Shown: positions 1 through 16,789 of the stretch, one piece after another
Position numbering within the stretch: position 1 is the first letter of the stretch
How the letters are laid out: the number at the start of each line of letters is the position of its first letter
Notes under the pieces: generated by a model
What the model was told of the DNA's origin: nothing
The model's database searches: none
Seen by the model: only the letters and a program-made list of their open reading frames with translations
Translations under genes and position numbers: made by a program
From: Octopus vulgaris
Lineage: Eukaryota
Direction: 5' to 3'
Length of the DNA stretch: 64,000 nt
Assembly: GCA_951406725.2 (NCBI GenBank)
Contig: OX597828.1
Location: 36,828,001 to 36,892,000, forward strand

Positions 1-248
1 TCCCTGGGTAATTTATGAAATCTGGAAACCCTAACCCTTCTTTTAATATTTATACGTGTCCTATTGTGTTGGGTAATAATCTGGTTGAAATTTTGTATAT
101 ATTAAATTCTAACGAATTGTTTGGTTATAGCCATTTACTAACATCAATAGGTTGATCTTTAGGCGATACAAGTACCTGTTACAGACGTACTTGTACCAAC
201 ACACCACAAACATATGTACATAGTGCTAGTTTCTTTGGTCTCTCTATA

Positions 249-480
249 TATTTCTTTACTACCCACAAGGGGCTAAACATAGAGGGGACAAACAAGGACA
301 GACATAGGTATTAAGTCGATTACATCGACCCCAGTGTGTAACTGGTGCTTAATTTATCGACCCCGAAAGGATGAAAGGCAAAGTCGACCTCGGCGGAATT
401 TGAACTTAGAACGCAGCGGCGGACGAAATACCGCAAAGCATTTCGCCCGGCGTGCTAACGATTCTGCCAGCTCGCCGCCT
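249..480 (-). mobile_element. tRNA-derived SINE, family A (Meta/MESC-like core)
   Basis: Minus strand reads GGCGGCGAGCTGGCAGAATCGTTAGCACG...AAGTTCAAATTCC (A/B boxes), then the core GCCTTTCATCCTTTCGGGGTCGATAAATTAAG. More than 10 related copies occur in the window. Confidence 0.85.
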
Positions 481-555
481 TTGGTCTCTATATGTGTGTG
501 TGTGAGAGTGTGTATGTGTGTGTGTGTGTATGTGTGTGTGTGTATGTGTGTGTGT

Positions 556-595
<40 letters not shown>

Positions 596-616
596 ACGCA
601 TGACCTTAAAAAAAAG

Positions 617-703
617 ACTCCGCCGGTTACGACGACGAGGGTCCCAGCTGATACGATCAACGGAACAGCTTGCTCGTGAAATTAACGTGCAAGTGGCTGA
701 GCA
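617..703 (-). mobile_element. 3' fragment of SINE family B
   Basis: Reverse complement of the tail GCTCAGCCACTTGCACGTTAATTTCACGAGC...CCCTCGTCGTCGTAACC seen in full copies at 53383 and 59647. Confidence 0.75.
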
Positions 704-950
704 TGGTTTCAATTCCTAGACCCGGTGGTGCGTTGTGCACTTGAGCAAAACACTTCATCTCATGTTACTCTGCAATCACATCGACACCTGACGCGTGGTA
801 CACCTGTGCACTTATTCAGGTAACGTCGATTTGATGGAGATGCTGAGCTAATGTGCAGCACGAACAGTTGATCTCTGTAAACAAATCATTGGAGCAGGTC
901 GTTCGGCGAAAGCTGAACGCTCATTCGTCGTCTTCGGTGGGAGAATCCAT
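704..950 (+). mobile_element. 5'-truncated SINE family D (CORE-like)
   Basis: B-box-like GGTTTCAATTCC followed by CORE-like TTGAGCAAAACACTT; a diverged reverse copy lies at about 40400-40665. Confidence 0.55.
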
Positions 951-974
951 CAATATATATGTATCGATGTATAT

Positions 975-1240
975 ATTGCGGCTTTTTTACAACAAATTTT
1001 ATTCAACAAAAACAACAATATTTAACAAAATCATCTTTAAATGACGGTCTGACCGCCTGCCAAGCAATTGGGAAGCAGTAATTGAAGTAGATAGTGAATA
1101 TGCTCCGGAATAATCATTTAAAGATGTTTTTGTTACATGTTGTTATTGTTTTTGTTGAATAAAATTTGAAAAAAGCCACAATAATTATGCACCCCCACAC
1201 ACACTCATTGGGTTGGTGCATAATTATTGCGGCTTTTTGT
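975..1240. mobile_element. Mariner-derived MITE and TIR fragments
   Basis: Inverted arms at about 975-1045 and 1112-1192 enclose a mariner C-terminal remnant (WEAVIEVDSEYAPE*). A further TIR, GGGTTGGTGCATAATTATTGCGGC, starts at about 1210. Confidence 0.6.
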
Positions 1241-1254
1241 CAATGCATGGAGCA

Positions 1255-2545
1255 CTGCAATAAACTACCTTTTCTTGACATCGTAATTAAAATAGTCAAT
1301 AATCACATTGAAAAGGATATCTTTTATAAAGTCAGATTCAAAACAATACCTATTATTCAACTCATACCACCCCAAACACATAAAAATTAATATACCTGAT
1401 AATCTTGCGAAAAGAACCTGTACCATAGTGTCGTGTACGAATACACGCGAACTAAGACTTCCTGAACTTAAATCAACACTAATCATGAGACATTAATAGA
1501 TCAAACGAGTAAGAAAGTGGACATACAAACATTAAGGGATTTAAAAGTACTTCCCTAAATCTCCACAAACAACCCAAGAAACAATGAGGCATTCAACATC
1601 CTCATCCAAAATCTACCCATTCTCACTAGAGATAAAACAATGAACGAAATTTTGGGCTCACACAAATTTATCAAAAGCAAAATACAACCGAAATCATTGA
1701 AAAGAATATTAACCGACGCAAAACTATAACCCTTAACAACGGAACCAAAAGTGGAGAAATGCGGGCCTCCTAACTGTGGTATATGCTCCCACTTTTTGGA
1801 GAGTTCAGAATTTCACTTCAAACAAGGCAAAATATTTAAGATAAAGTCAAATTTCACTTGTGCCTCTGAAAACTTAATCTATGTTATTACTTGCTTAGAT
1901 TGAGGAAACCAACATATAGACCAAAGACAGATGTCTCCCAGACGAAGAACAACACTTCACAAGGAACAAATCCACTTCTCACAATATAGACAGATATTGA
2001 TAAATGTGCTAGGAACCTCGAACCAAACTTCCTAATCGTTCCTCTGTTCAATGTTCCCAGGAACCTCAATGCAGCAAAGATTAAATAAAGAGGAAACTTC
2101 TATTGATAAATATCAACCACAAATTTATATGAACACACAACTCAATACAGGACACTTCTGACCTTACTAATATCAATAATCCCACTAATCCTCATATATC
2201 CCAAATGCTACTTTATATTCTAGTGATCGTATCTACATTAATTACATCTCTTTCATAACTGCTTACTTCGCTTGCATCAAAAATTATTTTTAACTTAGGT
2301 GTATGTTTATATCCAACACCGCTTGACAACCGGTGTTGATTCACAGCCAGTGACCACCTATAGCGAAACCGGTATGACTTTTTATAATAATTTTTATACA
2401 TCTTAATATAACTTCAACTCATTTGTTTGTAAATATATTTGTCTTTGAAAAAAGCCATTACATTCATACCTAGAGAGCATTTTCTTTATTTGTTTTTACT
2501 TTTCATTTAATTACGCCACGTGTAGTTTCCCCCTTAAAACCTGTT
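1255..2545 (+). mobile_element. Decayed Penelope-like element (RT thumb + Cys linker + GIY-YIG), Neptune-like
   Basis: Frameshifted peptides NKLPFLDIVIK...DIFYK and SDSKQYLLFNSYHPKHIKINIPDNLAKR (PLE RT), then CGPPNCGIC and FTCASENLIYVITC (GIY-YIG). The 3' UTR keeps a hammerhead 3' half, GAAACCGGTA, at 2365-2374. Confidence 0.8.
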
Positions 2546-2561
2546 TCAATTATATATATAT

Positions 2562-2953
2562 ACTAGCAGTATCGCCCGGCGTTGCTCGGGTTTGTAAGGG
2601 AAATAACTATAAAGCATTTTTAGAGAGTTATAGCCCCAAAATACCAAAAAATGCATTAAAAATGGAAAAAAAATGATGGTAAATTTTTAAAAAAATCGCT
2701 GACTCATCGTAGACATTTTTAGAGAGTTATTTCCCTTATATAATAGCGAAAAAATGCATTAATATGGAAAAAATGATGGTAAATTATTTTAAAAATCGTA
2801 ACTCATCGTAGACGCACGCTAATACCCAGAAGGGCTCGATATGAATCACGACTATATGATACCCGGTTTTGGTTAAACTGCACAGCAAAATGTGGGAGTA
2901 GTTAGGAATCTAAATCGTAGGAGACAGACACACAACTTCACTTTTATATATAT

Positions 2954-2958
<5 letters not shown>
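2562..2958 (+). mobile_element. Non-autonomous Helentron/DINE-1-like element
   Basis: 5' end TACTAGCAGTATCGCCCGGCGTTGCTCGGG with a subterminal hairpin, an internal tandem duplication of about 110 bp, and a 3' end GACAGACA...CTTTTATATATATAGAT. Confidence 0.65.
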
Positions 2959-3005
<47 letters not shown>

Positions 3006-3154
3006 TGTAAATATCACTAAATGTGACTAAGGTGTTAGGAAATACCTACATTGCTATGAATAAAAGCTAAACTGTTCTAATATTGTAGTTAACGGACACG
3101 AATAAAAGCATATACACTAACAGGGACCATAATCGCCCGAAAACTGCCTAGTGG

Positions 3155-3207
3155 TCTCAACTGATGAGGCAACGGAAATTACCGAAACTGACGCGTCAGT
3201 ATTAAAA
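3155..3207 (+). ncRNA. Type I hammerhead ribozyme motif
   Basis: CTGATGA GGCAAC-GGAA-ATTACC GAAA CTGACGCGTCAG TA; perfect palindromic stem III, GTA triplet at 3199-3201; stems I and II carry mismatches. Confidence 0.75.
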
Positions 3208-3511
3208 GTTCTCGATCGGCACTTTTCGGACGATTATGGTCCCTGTCAGTGTATGTGTTCATTCATGTGCGTTAACTAGAGCAGTAGATCGTTTTAGCTC
3301 TTATTTCTAGCAATGTAAGTGTTTCCTAATACCCTAGTCACATTTAGTGAAATTTGTACTTCTCCTTTTTGTTGAAACATTGCAAACTGGTGTTTATATG
3401 AATTTTATATATACGCATTGGCGAATCGCTAAATCACCCAATTATTTGGATGGCGAAAACAGTAAATACTAATGGTGAAGCAACTACGGAAAGAGTTGGG
3501 CGATCGAGGTG

Positions 3512-3564
3512 TCTTAACTGATGAGGCAGCGGAAATTGCCGAAACTGACGTGCAAATATTAAGA
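3512..3564 (+). ncRNA. Type I hammerhead ribozyme motif (second copy)
   Basis: TCTTAA CTGATGA GGCAGC-GGAA-ATTGCC GAAA CTGACGTGCAA ATA TTAAGA; perfect stem I, decayed stem III. Confidence 0.7.
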
Positions 3565-4039
3565 ATTCTTGATCAACACTTTTCGGACGATTATTGTCCC
3601 TGGTAGTGTATATGTTTTCATTCATGTGCGTTAACTACAACGTTAGAGCGGTTTTTCTCAAGCAATGTAGGTGTTTCCTAATACCCTAGTGATATTTAGT
3701 GACACTTGTAACTCTCTTTTCTGTTGAAACATTGCAAACTGGTGTTTATATCAGTTTTATATATAAGTGGACAAACGAAAGGAGGGCACTCAATATTGGG
3801 ACTTACATGTATGGATCAAACCAGATTTTATATGTATGTATATATTTATATATATATATATATATAATCATGCTCTCTCTATTCTGTTGGAGGTTTCTTT
3901 TATTTACTTTTTGTTTTTAATATATATATATATTTATACGTACATATGCGTGCGTGTAGGGGAAAGGTAAAGACCTATATGTGCTTATCAGATATATATA
4001 ACCATTATAGATTTATATATGCAGGGACACGCATATCTA

Positions 4040-5560
<1,521 letters not shown>

Positions 5561-6417
5561 ATATATATATATATCTTCTCATCTCGTCACCTTTCATTAA
5601 TCCCTATTCCCAATAACTATCCACCCGTCTTCTCATCCATCCATCCATCCATCCACCCATTTACTCTTCTATTCACCTGTTAATTTGTCCCCCCCCCTTC
5701 CACTCATCCATCGGTCCACTCTCATGCACTCGTCCACTGATTCCATCACGCATTCAATCATCTCTATACTCTACAACTCAATCTATGCACTCTTGGATAT
5801 GTCTATTCGCCCATGCACAGCCCTATGTTTCCACTCTCAGATATTTTCCATTACGCACCCGTATTTCACTTTCCTCTACATACCCTCATATGCTTTGCGT
5901 GCATGCCTGTGCGCGCACGCGCGTGTTAGTGATTAAGTGTGTGTGTGTGTGTGTGTGCGTGTGTCTGTGTGTACACAATAACATAGGGGCTTTAAATAAA
6001 GATGAAAAAAGCCCTGTTTAATTATAGATATAACAGCTCTGGTGATGACAGAGTAATGGAAAAGAAGAGCAGCAGGTAAGATATAGTTATCTGAAGTGGG
6101 AAATAAAAAGATTGTGGTCATTGAAGAAGGCGTGCGGTACATATGTTGGTGTTGGAGCCTTCGGTAATATTTGTGCCAGGCTCACAAAACTGGACTAAAA
6201 AAGTGAGAGTAAATGTGAAGATAGAGCATCTAAAGAAAACAGTGTCACTTAAAAGTGTATGAATCCTCCACAGAGTTGTAGAAGTCTGAATGAAGAAGAT
6301 TATTTCTTCAGACCACTGGTTGTGGATAGCTGCTGACTCTTTAGCCGACAATTTGATACATTCTTCAGGGAAGTTACGATGATGATGAAGATTATGATGA
6401 TGATAAGGGTGATGAGT

Positions 6418-6463
<46 letters not shown>

Positions 6464-6464
6464 C

Positions 6465-6650
6465 CCCCTCTACTATAGACACATAGCTTGAAATTTTGGG
6501 GGATGGGCTAGTCCTTTACATCAGCCCCCAGTGCTCAACTGGTACTTGTTTTATCGACTCCAAAAGGATAAAAGGCAAAGTCCACCTCGGCAGAATTCGA
6601 ACTCAGAATGTAGAGACGGACGAGATGCCACTATGCATTTTGTCCGATGA
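6465..6650 (-). mobile_element. Diverged SINE family A
   Basis: CCCCAGTGCTCAACTGGTACTTG...AAAGGCAAAGTCCACCTCGGCAGAATTCGAACTCAG. Confidence 0.7.
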
Positions 6651-7862
6651 TAATGTTTCAATGGGAGGTTCGCCAGGTGGAGAGTGAAAGAATGTAACCA
6701 GGTTTCTCGGTTTGGCTGGAGAAGATAGAGAAATAATTATAGTGCATCCAATGATTTTGGCCCCAATATCTGTAAATGATTAAAAAAGAGGTGACTCAAT
6801 TTTCCAGATTTAGAGTATAAGTGTGAATGGATGCTGCGAAAACGGATGAAATGAAAGAAAGGGATAAAAGATTTGGTTTATGTGGGCTGAGAGGAGAAAC
6901 AGTGATTTGTGGTATTTTCGTTCATTGATATGGGCAAAAGAAAAAAAAGAAGTTTTCAGTGAATTATAAAGTGGTTTGTGTAACTCGGAACCATCTTAGT
7001 AACCATAGCGACTTCACTGTCATTTTGAAATCCTCATCTCAAAAGGGTGGGGGAAAACAAACAATAAATTGAGCAATACGAAACAAAAGTAAATAAAAAA
7101 ATATAATCGACGGTGAGAACAAATTCGGTTAAACAGGGGGAGGGTGATGCGGTTGAGTATGTAAGAATATGGGAATACGAATGTGGGAAGGTGGTTTAGA
7201 AAGTTTTTAAGGGCTTCTAGAAAGTCACTGATGAAGATAGCTGTGTAAAGGAATTACTTTGAGTGAGTAGAACCTTCGAATATTCATGGGAAATGAGTAG
7301 AAGAGGTTTAGAGATTTGTTGATGTACTTTATTTGTGCTGGCAAGCAAAGATGACAGATGATGAGTTGTCGAGGCAGGCGGTAAGGAGCTTTGTGGGACA
7401 CTTGCCGTCGGAAACAAGATTTTTGTATTTGTCGATTCGAGCGAAGAAATAAATTATGAAAATGCCTGATGTAGTTAGGTTAAAGTTAGCAGCCGAAGAG
7501 GAGTGGGAAATGAACCAGAAGAGACGAGTTGACGTGCAGTGGCAGACACTTGCTTCTTGTAGTAATGACGTACTTGGATAATAAATTACTTAGCTTGTGA
7601 TAGAAGAACAGGTTGTTGCATCAGCAAAAATCATGTTCCTTTTTGTGGTCGGTCCTTCAGAACACTAAGATGCTGCTTGTTTCATGACATTATATTAAAA
7701 TTACTGAGTCCGGAGAGCGTGTCGGACGAATGGTGAAGAATTTAATCGACTGTACGAAAGACGCCCAGATCGTAGCGGGTTTTGTAAGCCAATAGATCGA
7801 CCGAATTGTCTGGGATAAGGTTGGGTGTTCAGTTAGAGTGAAATTTTAGAAGTGGGGGTTTA

Positions 7863-8022
7863 CTCTCTCTCTTTACTCTCTTTTACTTGTTTCAGTCATT
7901 TGACTGCGGCCATGCTGGAGCACCGCCTTTAATCGAGCAACTCGACCCCGGGACTTATTCTTTTTTTATAAGCCCAGTACTTATTCTATCGGTCTCTTTT
8001 GCCGAACCGCTAAGTAACGGGG
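7863..8022 (-). mobile_element. 3' part of SINE family C
   Basis: CTCTTTTACTTGTTTCAGTCATTTGACTGCGGCCATGCTGGAGCACCGCC...GCCGAACCGCTAAG, shared with the copies at 40769 and 50661. Confidence 0.75.
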
Positions 8023-8449
8023 TTGCACACTTTTGTTATGGAAGTAGGCGTTTAATTGGGTCCGGTGTAGGAAACACTCGGTATCAGCTTTTACATCAAA
8101 CTCATATGGTTTTGCTTGCATGAAGCTAGTGTTTAGGTCTCATCTGAAGAGAGATGCCTTTAATATGTCAGAAGATCTCGGAAATATGATTACAATTACT
8201 ACACTTACAAGGCAACAGAGGAGAAAAAGAAAGGAGTGGTCGAAATGCGATGCTTGCAGAAGATTTTTGCAGAATCTTCTGGAGGAGGAGCCGACTAGAA
8301 AGTCTTAGAGATCGTTGTTGAAGTGACACATTATGGGTTGAGGAGGTGCAAAGGAGCATAAGAGAAGGGAGCTACAGTTAGTAACCTCATGTGTTAAGCA
8401 ATTTGTTTGATGCACATGGACGGATGGAAGCTCGTATAAGCCGTTACGG

Positions 8450-10630
<2,181 letters not shown>

Positions 10631-12059
10631 AATTGGCAGAGTCATTAGAATGTCAGACGATTGCATTGTGACGATTGAGCCGGTTCTTTGATCTCTGAGT
10701 TCAAATCCAGAGTCAGTACGAGTGAAGTAACACTTTCGAATTGGAGTCGCTTTCTCTCCCTTTTGCTCCCTCCCTCTTTCCCTCCTCTCTCTCTCTCTGT
10801 GCCCCAAATCGCCACCCCCTTCAAAGATTCGTGATGGGGAGGACCACTCACAATCCCCATTTCCCAAAACAAACAAACAAACGGTATTGCTTGAATGATG
10901 GCTTAGTAACCTCTCCTCACCAAGCATGTTATAAAAGCAAGACCCTGCAAACACCACAAAAGATACCAGAGAATGGGCTGTGCGGAGAAACCGATGTGCA
11001 TTGCAGCATGGAACATTACAAAAAAAGGAAATTGGTCTTGTGATATTTCTATGTTTTCTAATTTCCCTTTTATCTTTTATCTTCCCTTGTTTTCTCTGCT
11101 TTTCTCACCCAACCTTTTGTCTTTTCTCTCTTTTCTTTTTCTTGTCTGTATTTCGTACTCTGTTCTGGCTCTCTCATTCCTCTCTGTCTGTCTGTCTGTT
11201 TGTCTCTCCTCTTCATGTTTCGTGCTTTGCTCTGCTTGTCTGTCTGTCTATCAGCATCTCTCTCTCCTCTTTATGTTTCGCGCTTTGTTCTGCTTGTCTG
11301 CTTGTCTGTCTGTGTATCCGTCTGTCCGTCCGTCCGTTCGTCCGTCCGTCCGTCCGTCCGTCTGTCTGCCTGTCTGTCTGGTAGCCTCTCTCTCTCTCTC
11401 TTCTCTTTATGCTTCGTGCCTTGCTCTGCTTGTCTCTGTCTTTTTTTGTCTCCACGTTCCGTACTTTTTCTTCCTCTCTTGCCCCCCCCTCTTTCTCCTC
11501 ACATTCGCTCTTCACTTCTTCTGCAGCCAATCTTATCCTCTAACTCAGATCCTTCCTAATTACTTCATTTCCCTCCACACCCACTCAATTCTTCTTTCTT
11601 TCCTTTCACTTATCTCTTCCATCATCTCACAATCTCTTTCTTTAGATGCTTTCATTGATTTCAACACGTTCTTTTCCTTTTAGTCCCCATTACTCTCCCT
11701 TTTCAGCCGGTCGGATGCGGCCACGCTGGGGCTTCAGTTCTCCAAAACTTTTCTTTTTCCACTTTCATTTTTTTAAAAGTAGAAATGTAAGTATTTCTAC
11801 TTGGTCGCTCAGAATGCTAGAAATAACAGAAAAAAAAATTTTTTTAAATGGCAGATACCGCCATCTTAAGAAGAGTAGGATAAATCAAAGAATATGATAC
11901 AAAAATCGCATAAAAGATACCGAAAAAAGTAAAAAAAAAATAGCCGGAATGGAGTGTCTGGTTATGCTTCATCATAGCTTACCGCAGTTAGGGTAGGTTC
12001 GGGGTGTTAGACTACGACTGCATGAAAATCCTACTTTTTCTCCTCCTCCTTCACAGATA

Positions 12060-12314
12060 TCGTCATCACCATCATCATCATCATCACCACCACCACCACC
12101 ACCACCACCACCAGAACCACCACCACCACCACCACCACCACCATCATCATCATCATTGTCACCATCATCACCATCACCATCATCATCATCATCATCTCAT
12201 CATCATCATCATCATCATCATCATTATCATCACTACCATCATACATACATACATACATACATACATACATACATACATCGTGGCATCATCATCATCACCA
12301 CCACCACCACCACC

Positions 12315-12374
<60 letters not shown>

Positions 12375-12746
12375 GTCGCCACCATCATCACCATCATCAT
12401 TACCATCATCATCACCATCATCATCATTCCCTTTTTTAATATTCTTTTAACATTTCTTCACTCATTTCAATTTTAGATTTAAATCCACACACACACACAC
12501 ACACATACACACACACAAACACATACACACACACACGCTCTCTCTCAAAAAGCCAACCCTACTGTAATTGCCCCACTCACACTCACTCACTCACTCACTC
12601 ATTATTCTACTCTCTTTCTGCACTCTCTCTTTATCTTCACAACATAATTTCGCTAATTCTCGTTAGAATTGATGAATGGTCTCAAGTGTGAAAGAACTTC
12701 ATATCTTTCCGTAATGCATACACACCCACACGTACTGATACATACA

Positions 12747-12780
<34 letters not shown>

Positions 12781-13484
12781 CACACATGCATGCATACATA
12801 CACATATACATAAATACACACACATACATATATACATATATACATATATACATACACACATACATAAATACATACACATATACATGCATACACATATACA
12901 TACATACATGCATGTATACATACATACACACATACCTACATATATACATACATACACACATACATAAATATATACACATATACATGCATACACACACGTA
13001 CATACACACATACACACATACATACATACATACATACACACATATATACACACACACATATATATACGCATACATACACCTATACATACATATATACATA
13101 CATACACACACATACATATACACACACATACATACACACATACATGCATACATGCACATACATACACGCATACATACACGCATACATACACACACATACA
13201 TACATACACACATACATACATACACACATAAATGCATGCATACATACATGCACAAATGCACACAGACATACACATACATACACACACACGCATATACACA
13301 CACACATATGTATTAATATCTGTATTTTATGTGTGCATGCATATATTTGCACATATATATATATACATATATTTATAAATATCTATAAGTATATATATAT
13401 ATATGTATATATGTGTATGTACATATGTAAATATATCTATATATGTATGCATCTTATACACATACACACACACCACACAAACAT

Positions 13485-13515
<31 letters not shown>

Positions 13516-13555
13516 CATGCACATATATACGCACTCACACACGCATACACACACA

Positions 13556-13609
<54 letters not shown>

Positions 13610-13610
13610 G
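12060..13610. repeat. (CAT)n/(CAC)n and (TACA)/(CA) low-complexity field
   Basis: Directly visible. Confidence 0.95.
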
Positions 13611-14052
13611 TATTTTTAGGTACCAATTCTTTTAATATGTGACTCTTGCGAGAGAGAGAGAGAGAAAGAGAGAGATAGCAGGAAAATGAGTGAGAGAAAT
13701 ATATAGAGAGAGCAAGAAAGTGAGTGAGAGAGAAAAAGAGGGAGAGAGGAGAGAGAGAGACAGCGATAAGTGTAATAATACACGAAAATAGAAAAAAAAA
13801 AAAATCGAGGCTAATAATAAACAGAATTGTAGAATTACCACTATGCTATTTTTTCCAACCTCATTTTCGAAATAAATTCTTTTGTTTCATAAATGGTTCC
13901 AATAAAATTCATATAATTCTATATTTTTATATTTTCCGCAAATACGCATGCACAGACGCCTGCCTATACACACACACGTGTGTATGTGTGTGTATGTATG
14001 TATGTATGTATGTATGTATGTATGTATGTATGTATGTATGTATGTATGTACG

Positions 14053-14439
14053 GTGGAGGCGCAATGGTCCAGTGGTTAGAGCAGTGGACTCGTGGTCGAA
14101 GGATCGCGGTTTCGATTCTCAGATCGGACGTTGTGAGTGTTTGAGTGATAACACTGAAGCTCCACGAGGCTCCCGCAGGGGGTGGTGGCGAACCCTGTTG
14201 TACTCTTTCACTACAACTCTCTCTCACTCTTTCTTCCTGTTTCTGCTGTACCTGTATTTCAAAGGGCCAGCCTTGTCACACACTGTGTCACGCTGAATCA
14301 CCCACGAGAACTACGTTAAGGATATATCTGTCTGTGGAATGTTCAACCACTTGCTCAGCCACTCGCACAATTTCACGAGCAGGTTGTTCCGTTAATCGGA
14401 TCAACTGGTACCCTCGTCGTCGTAACCTATGGATGCCAC
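14053..14439 (+). mobile_element. tRNA-derived SINE family B, full length
   Basis: Head GTGGAGGCGCAATGGTCCAGTGGTTAGAGCAGTGGACTCG...GGTTTCGATTC, then body and tail matching 53383 and 59647. Confidence 0.85.
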
Positions 14440-14487
14440 GATGTATGTATGTATGTATGTATGTATGTATATCGCTGCCTGCCTGCC

Positions 14488-14560
<73 letters not shown>

Positions 14561-14569
14561 ATCTGTCTG

Positions 14570-14670
<101 letters not shown>

Positions 14671-14744
14671 CTATCTATGCATATATTGCAACGTATATGA
14701 ACGGTTGAAAAACAACTCGGAAAGCACAAAGTGCGACAAAGGCG

Positions 14745-14940
14745 ATGTTAATTTAACGCTGGAACTCTATAACGTTTTGTATGTTAGATCTTCTTCAAAA
14801 AAGGAGAAAAAATTCTGAATCTAAGGTCAAGGTTGTTTGGGCAATGCTGATGGTTTACTCTCTACATTATGCAAATGATATAGCTCTCACGGCGGCGCTG
14901 GAGAGAATAAAGATTCAATATTTTAAGCTGCTGATTATCT
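14745..14940 (+). mobile_element. Possible non-LTR RT remnant
   Basis: LHYANDIAL resembles the YADD motif context; only this motif is recognisable. Confidence 0.3.
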
Positions 14941-15019
14941 CAGCTATAACTATTGTAAGCGATCTGTGGTGGGTCTCTTATTTGTCAGATGATTTCTCTC
15001 ACCCACTTACCCATGAGTC

Positions 15020-15066
<47 letters not shown>

Positions 15067-15544
15067 AGGAAGATAAGGAGATAGACCGTCAGATGCAGAA
15101 GTAGTCAAGATGGTCAGCAATGTTGGTGTGGTCTTGCACAATTTTTAGGTTTCGTGGACATCCGTTCATATCCACCTAAGATAAAAATCGGGCGGGGTTT
15201 CATGATTGTTTTAAGTTCATCTGCTCTCGTAGACACGTCTTTTTAATTCTGTCAAGGAGAATATCCCCTCTCCTCATATCGAGCGAGATTGTAGATTGAC
15301 GTTACTGTCGGAGACGACAACAGCTTTACCGTAATACAAGTCGTACTGGCTTACAGGATTACTACAAGGATATGACATCAAACTGAAATGACATCGTTTG
15401 GAATACTGTTGTCCCATTAAAAAGTACAAAAATGTCAAATGGTTGTGATAGTGTTGGTAATAATGTTACAGTTATTGGTGCTTACCCGGTCATCGGATCA
15501 ACTCCATCAACCCCCAAAGTACACACACTTCCTTCGATTAAGAG

Positions 15545-16254
15545 AGGGGACCAGTCGATTAGATCGACCCCAGTACGCAACTGGTATTTAATTTATCGAC
15601 TCCGAAAGGATGAAAGGCAAAGTCGACCTCGGCGGAATTTGAACTCAGAACGTAAAGACAGACGAAATACTACTAAGCATTCTTTTCTACTCAAGGCACA
15701 AGGTCCGTAATTTTTGGGGAGGGGGAGCAATCGATTAGATCAACCTCAGTACGCAACTGGTATTTAATTTATCGACCACGAAAGGATGAAAGGCAAAGTC
15801 GAATTTGAACTCAGAACGCAAAGACAGACGAAATACCTATTTCTTTACTACCCACAATGGGCTAAACGCAGAGAGGACAAACAAGGACAGACAAACAGAT
15901 TAAGTCGATTATATGGACCCCAGTGCGTAACTGGTACTTATTTAATCGACCCCGAAAGGATGAGAGGCAAAGTCGACCTCGGCGGAATTTGAACTCAGAA
16001 CGCAAAGACAGACGAAATACCTATTTCTTTACTACCCACAATGGGCTAAACGCAGAGAGGACAAACAAGGACAGACAAACAGATTAAGTCGATTATATGG
16101 ACCCCAGTGCGTAACTGGTACTTATTTAATCGACCCCGGAAGGATAAAAGGCAAAGTCGACCTCGGCGGAATTTGAACTCAGAACGTAACCGCAGACGAA
16201 ATACCACTAAGCATTTCGCCCGGCGTGCTAACGTTTCTACCAGCTCACCGCCTT
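15545..16254 (-). mobile_element. Head-to-tail multimer of SINE family A (about 4 units)
   Basis: Repeated units of about 170-185 bp, each with GAAAGGATGAAAGGCAAAGTCGA...GAACTCAGAACG; only the unit ending at 16254 has the complete 5' head. Confidence 0.85.
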
Positions 16255-16358
16255 TCAGATGCTCATAATTACGAAGCGAACTTCTTAAACACACAGCCAT
16301 AGCTTTACTGGCATTCACAGTAAAATCAGGCCGGCAACGACAACGAAAACATCAACAG

Positions 16359-16396
<38 letters not shown>

Positions 16397-16789
16397 GCTT
16401 GTTTATATTAATGTCTTGAGACACATCTAAGAATTGGGAGCTTTGAGCTGGAAGATGTTTAGTCGGTTACTAATAAGCATGTGTTTGTGTGTTTGAATAC
16501 CGACCAATGTATACACACTGTGTAGACGTATACGTGTGCATTATTCGATCATATTGACGTGTGTATGCCTCTATGTATATATATATATACATACATTTAT
16601 GAGTATATTTGTAAGTATGCGTGCTTGCGTGTGTTGGTGTGTGTGTGTGTGTGTGTATTAGAGATTCGTTTTATCTATCTGCTAAACGAACCGTGAGCTA
16701 GACGCCATCATTTTGTGTGTCACTACGGTTAAACGAATTTTCTAAAACAAACTTTACTCTATGAAAGCTGCACTTTGCGTTCTTCTCTA

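Larger units (their letters stand above)
3007..3765 (+). mobile_element. Hammerhead-bearing non-autonomous element (retrozyme/PLE pLTR-like): partial dimer with 5' inversion
   Basis: Direct repeat with a 357-nt period (CTGATGA at 3161 and 3518). 3007-3149 is the inverted copy of about 3218-3355. Preceded by (TA)n. Confidence 0.75.
5985..8400 (-). mobile_element. Highly degraded LINE remnant, interrupted by SINEs
   Basis: Non-repetitive, stop-ridden stretch with purine-rich plus-strand bias. The minus strand loosely resembles CR1/L2-type endonuclease and 3' end sequence; no intact motif is readable. Confidence 0.35.

Noticed and set aside
28-38. CCCTAACCC telomere-like motif
   Set aside because: Only about 1.5 units; expected by chance.
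7224-7290. CTGATGA at 7228 as a hammerhead
   Set aside because: No correctly placed GAAA, stem III or stem I partner.
12004-12476. Poly-His/Pro/Ser ORF
   Set aside because: (CAT)n/(CAC)n simple repeats interrupted by (TACA)n; not a credible protein.
15545-16254. CRISPR-like repeat array
   Set aside because: Units are SINE copies of about 180 bp with no unique spacers; eukaryotic context and no cas genes.
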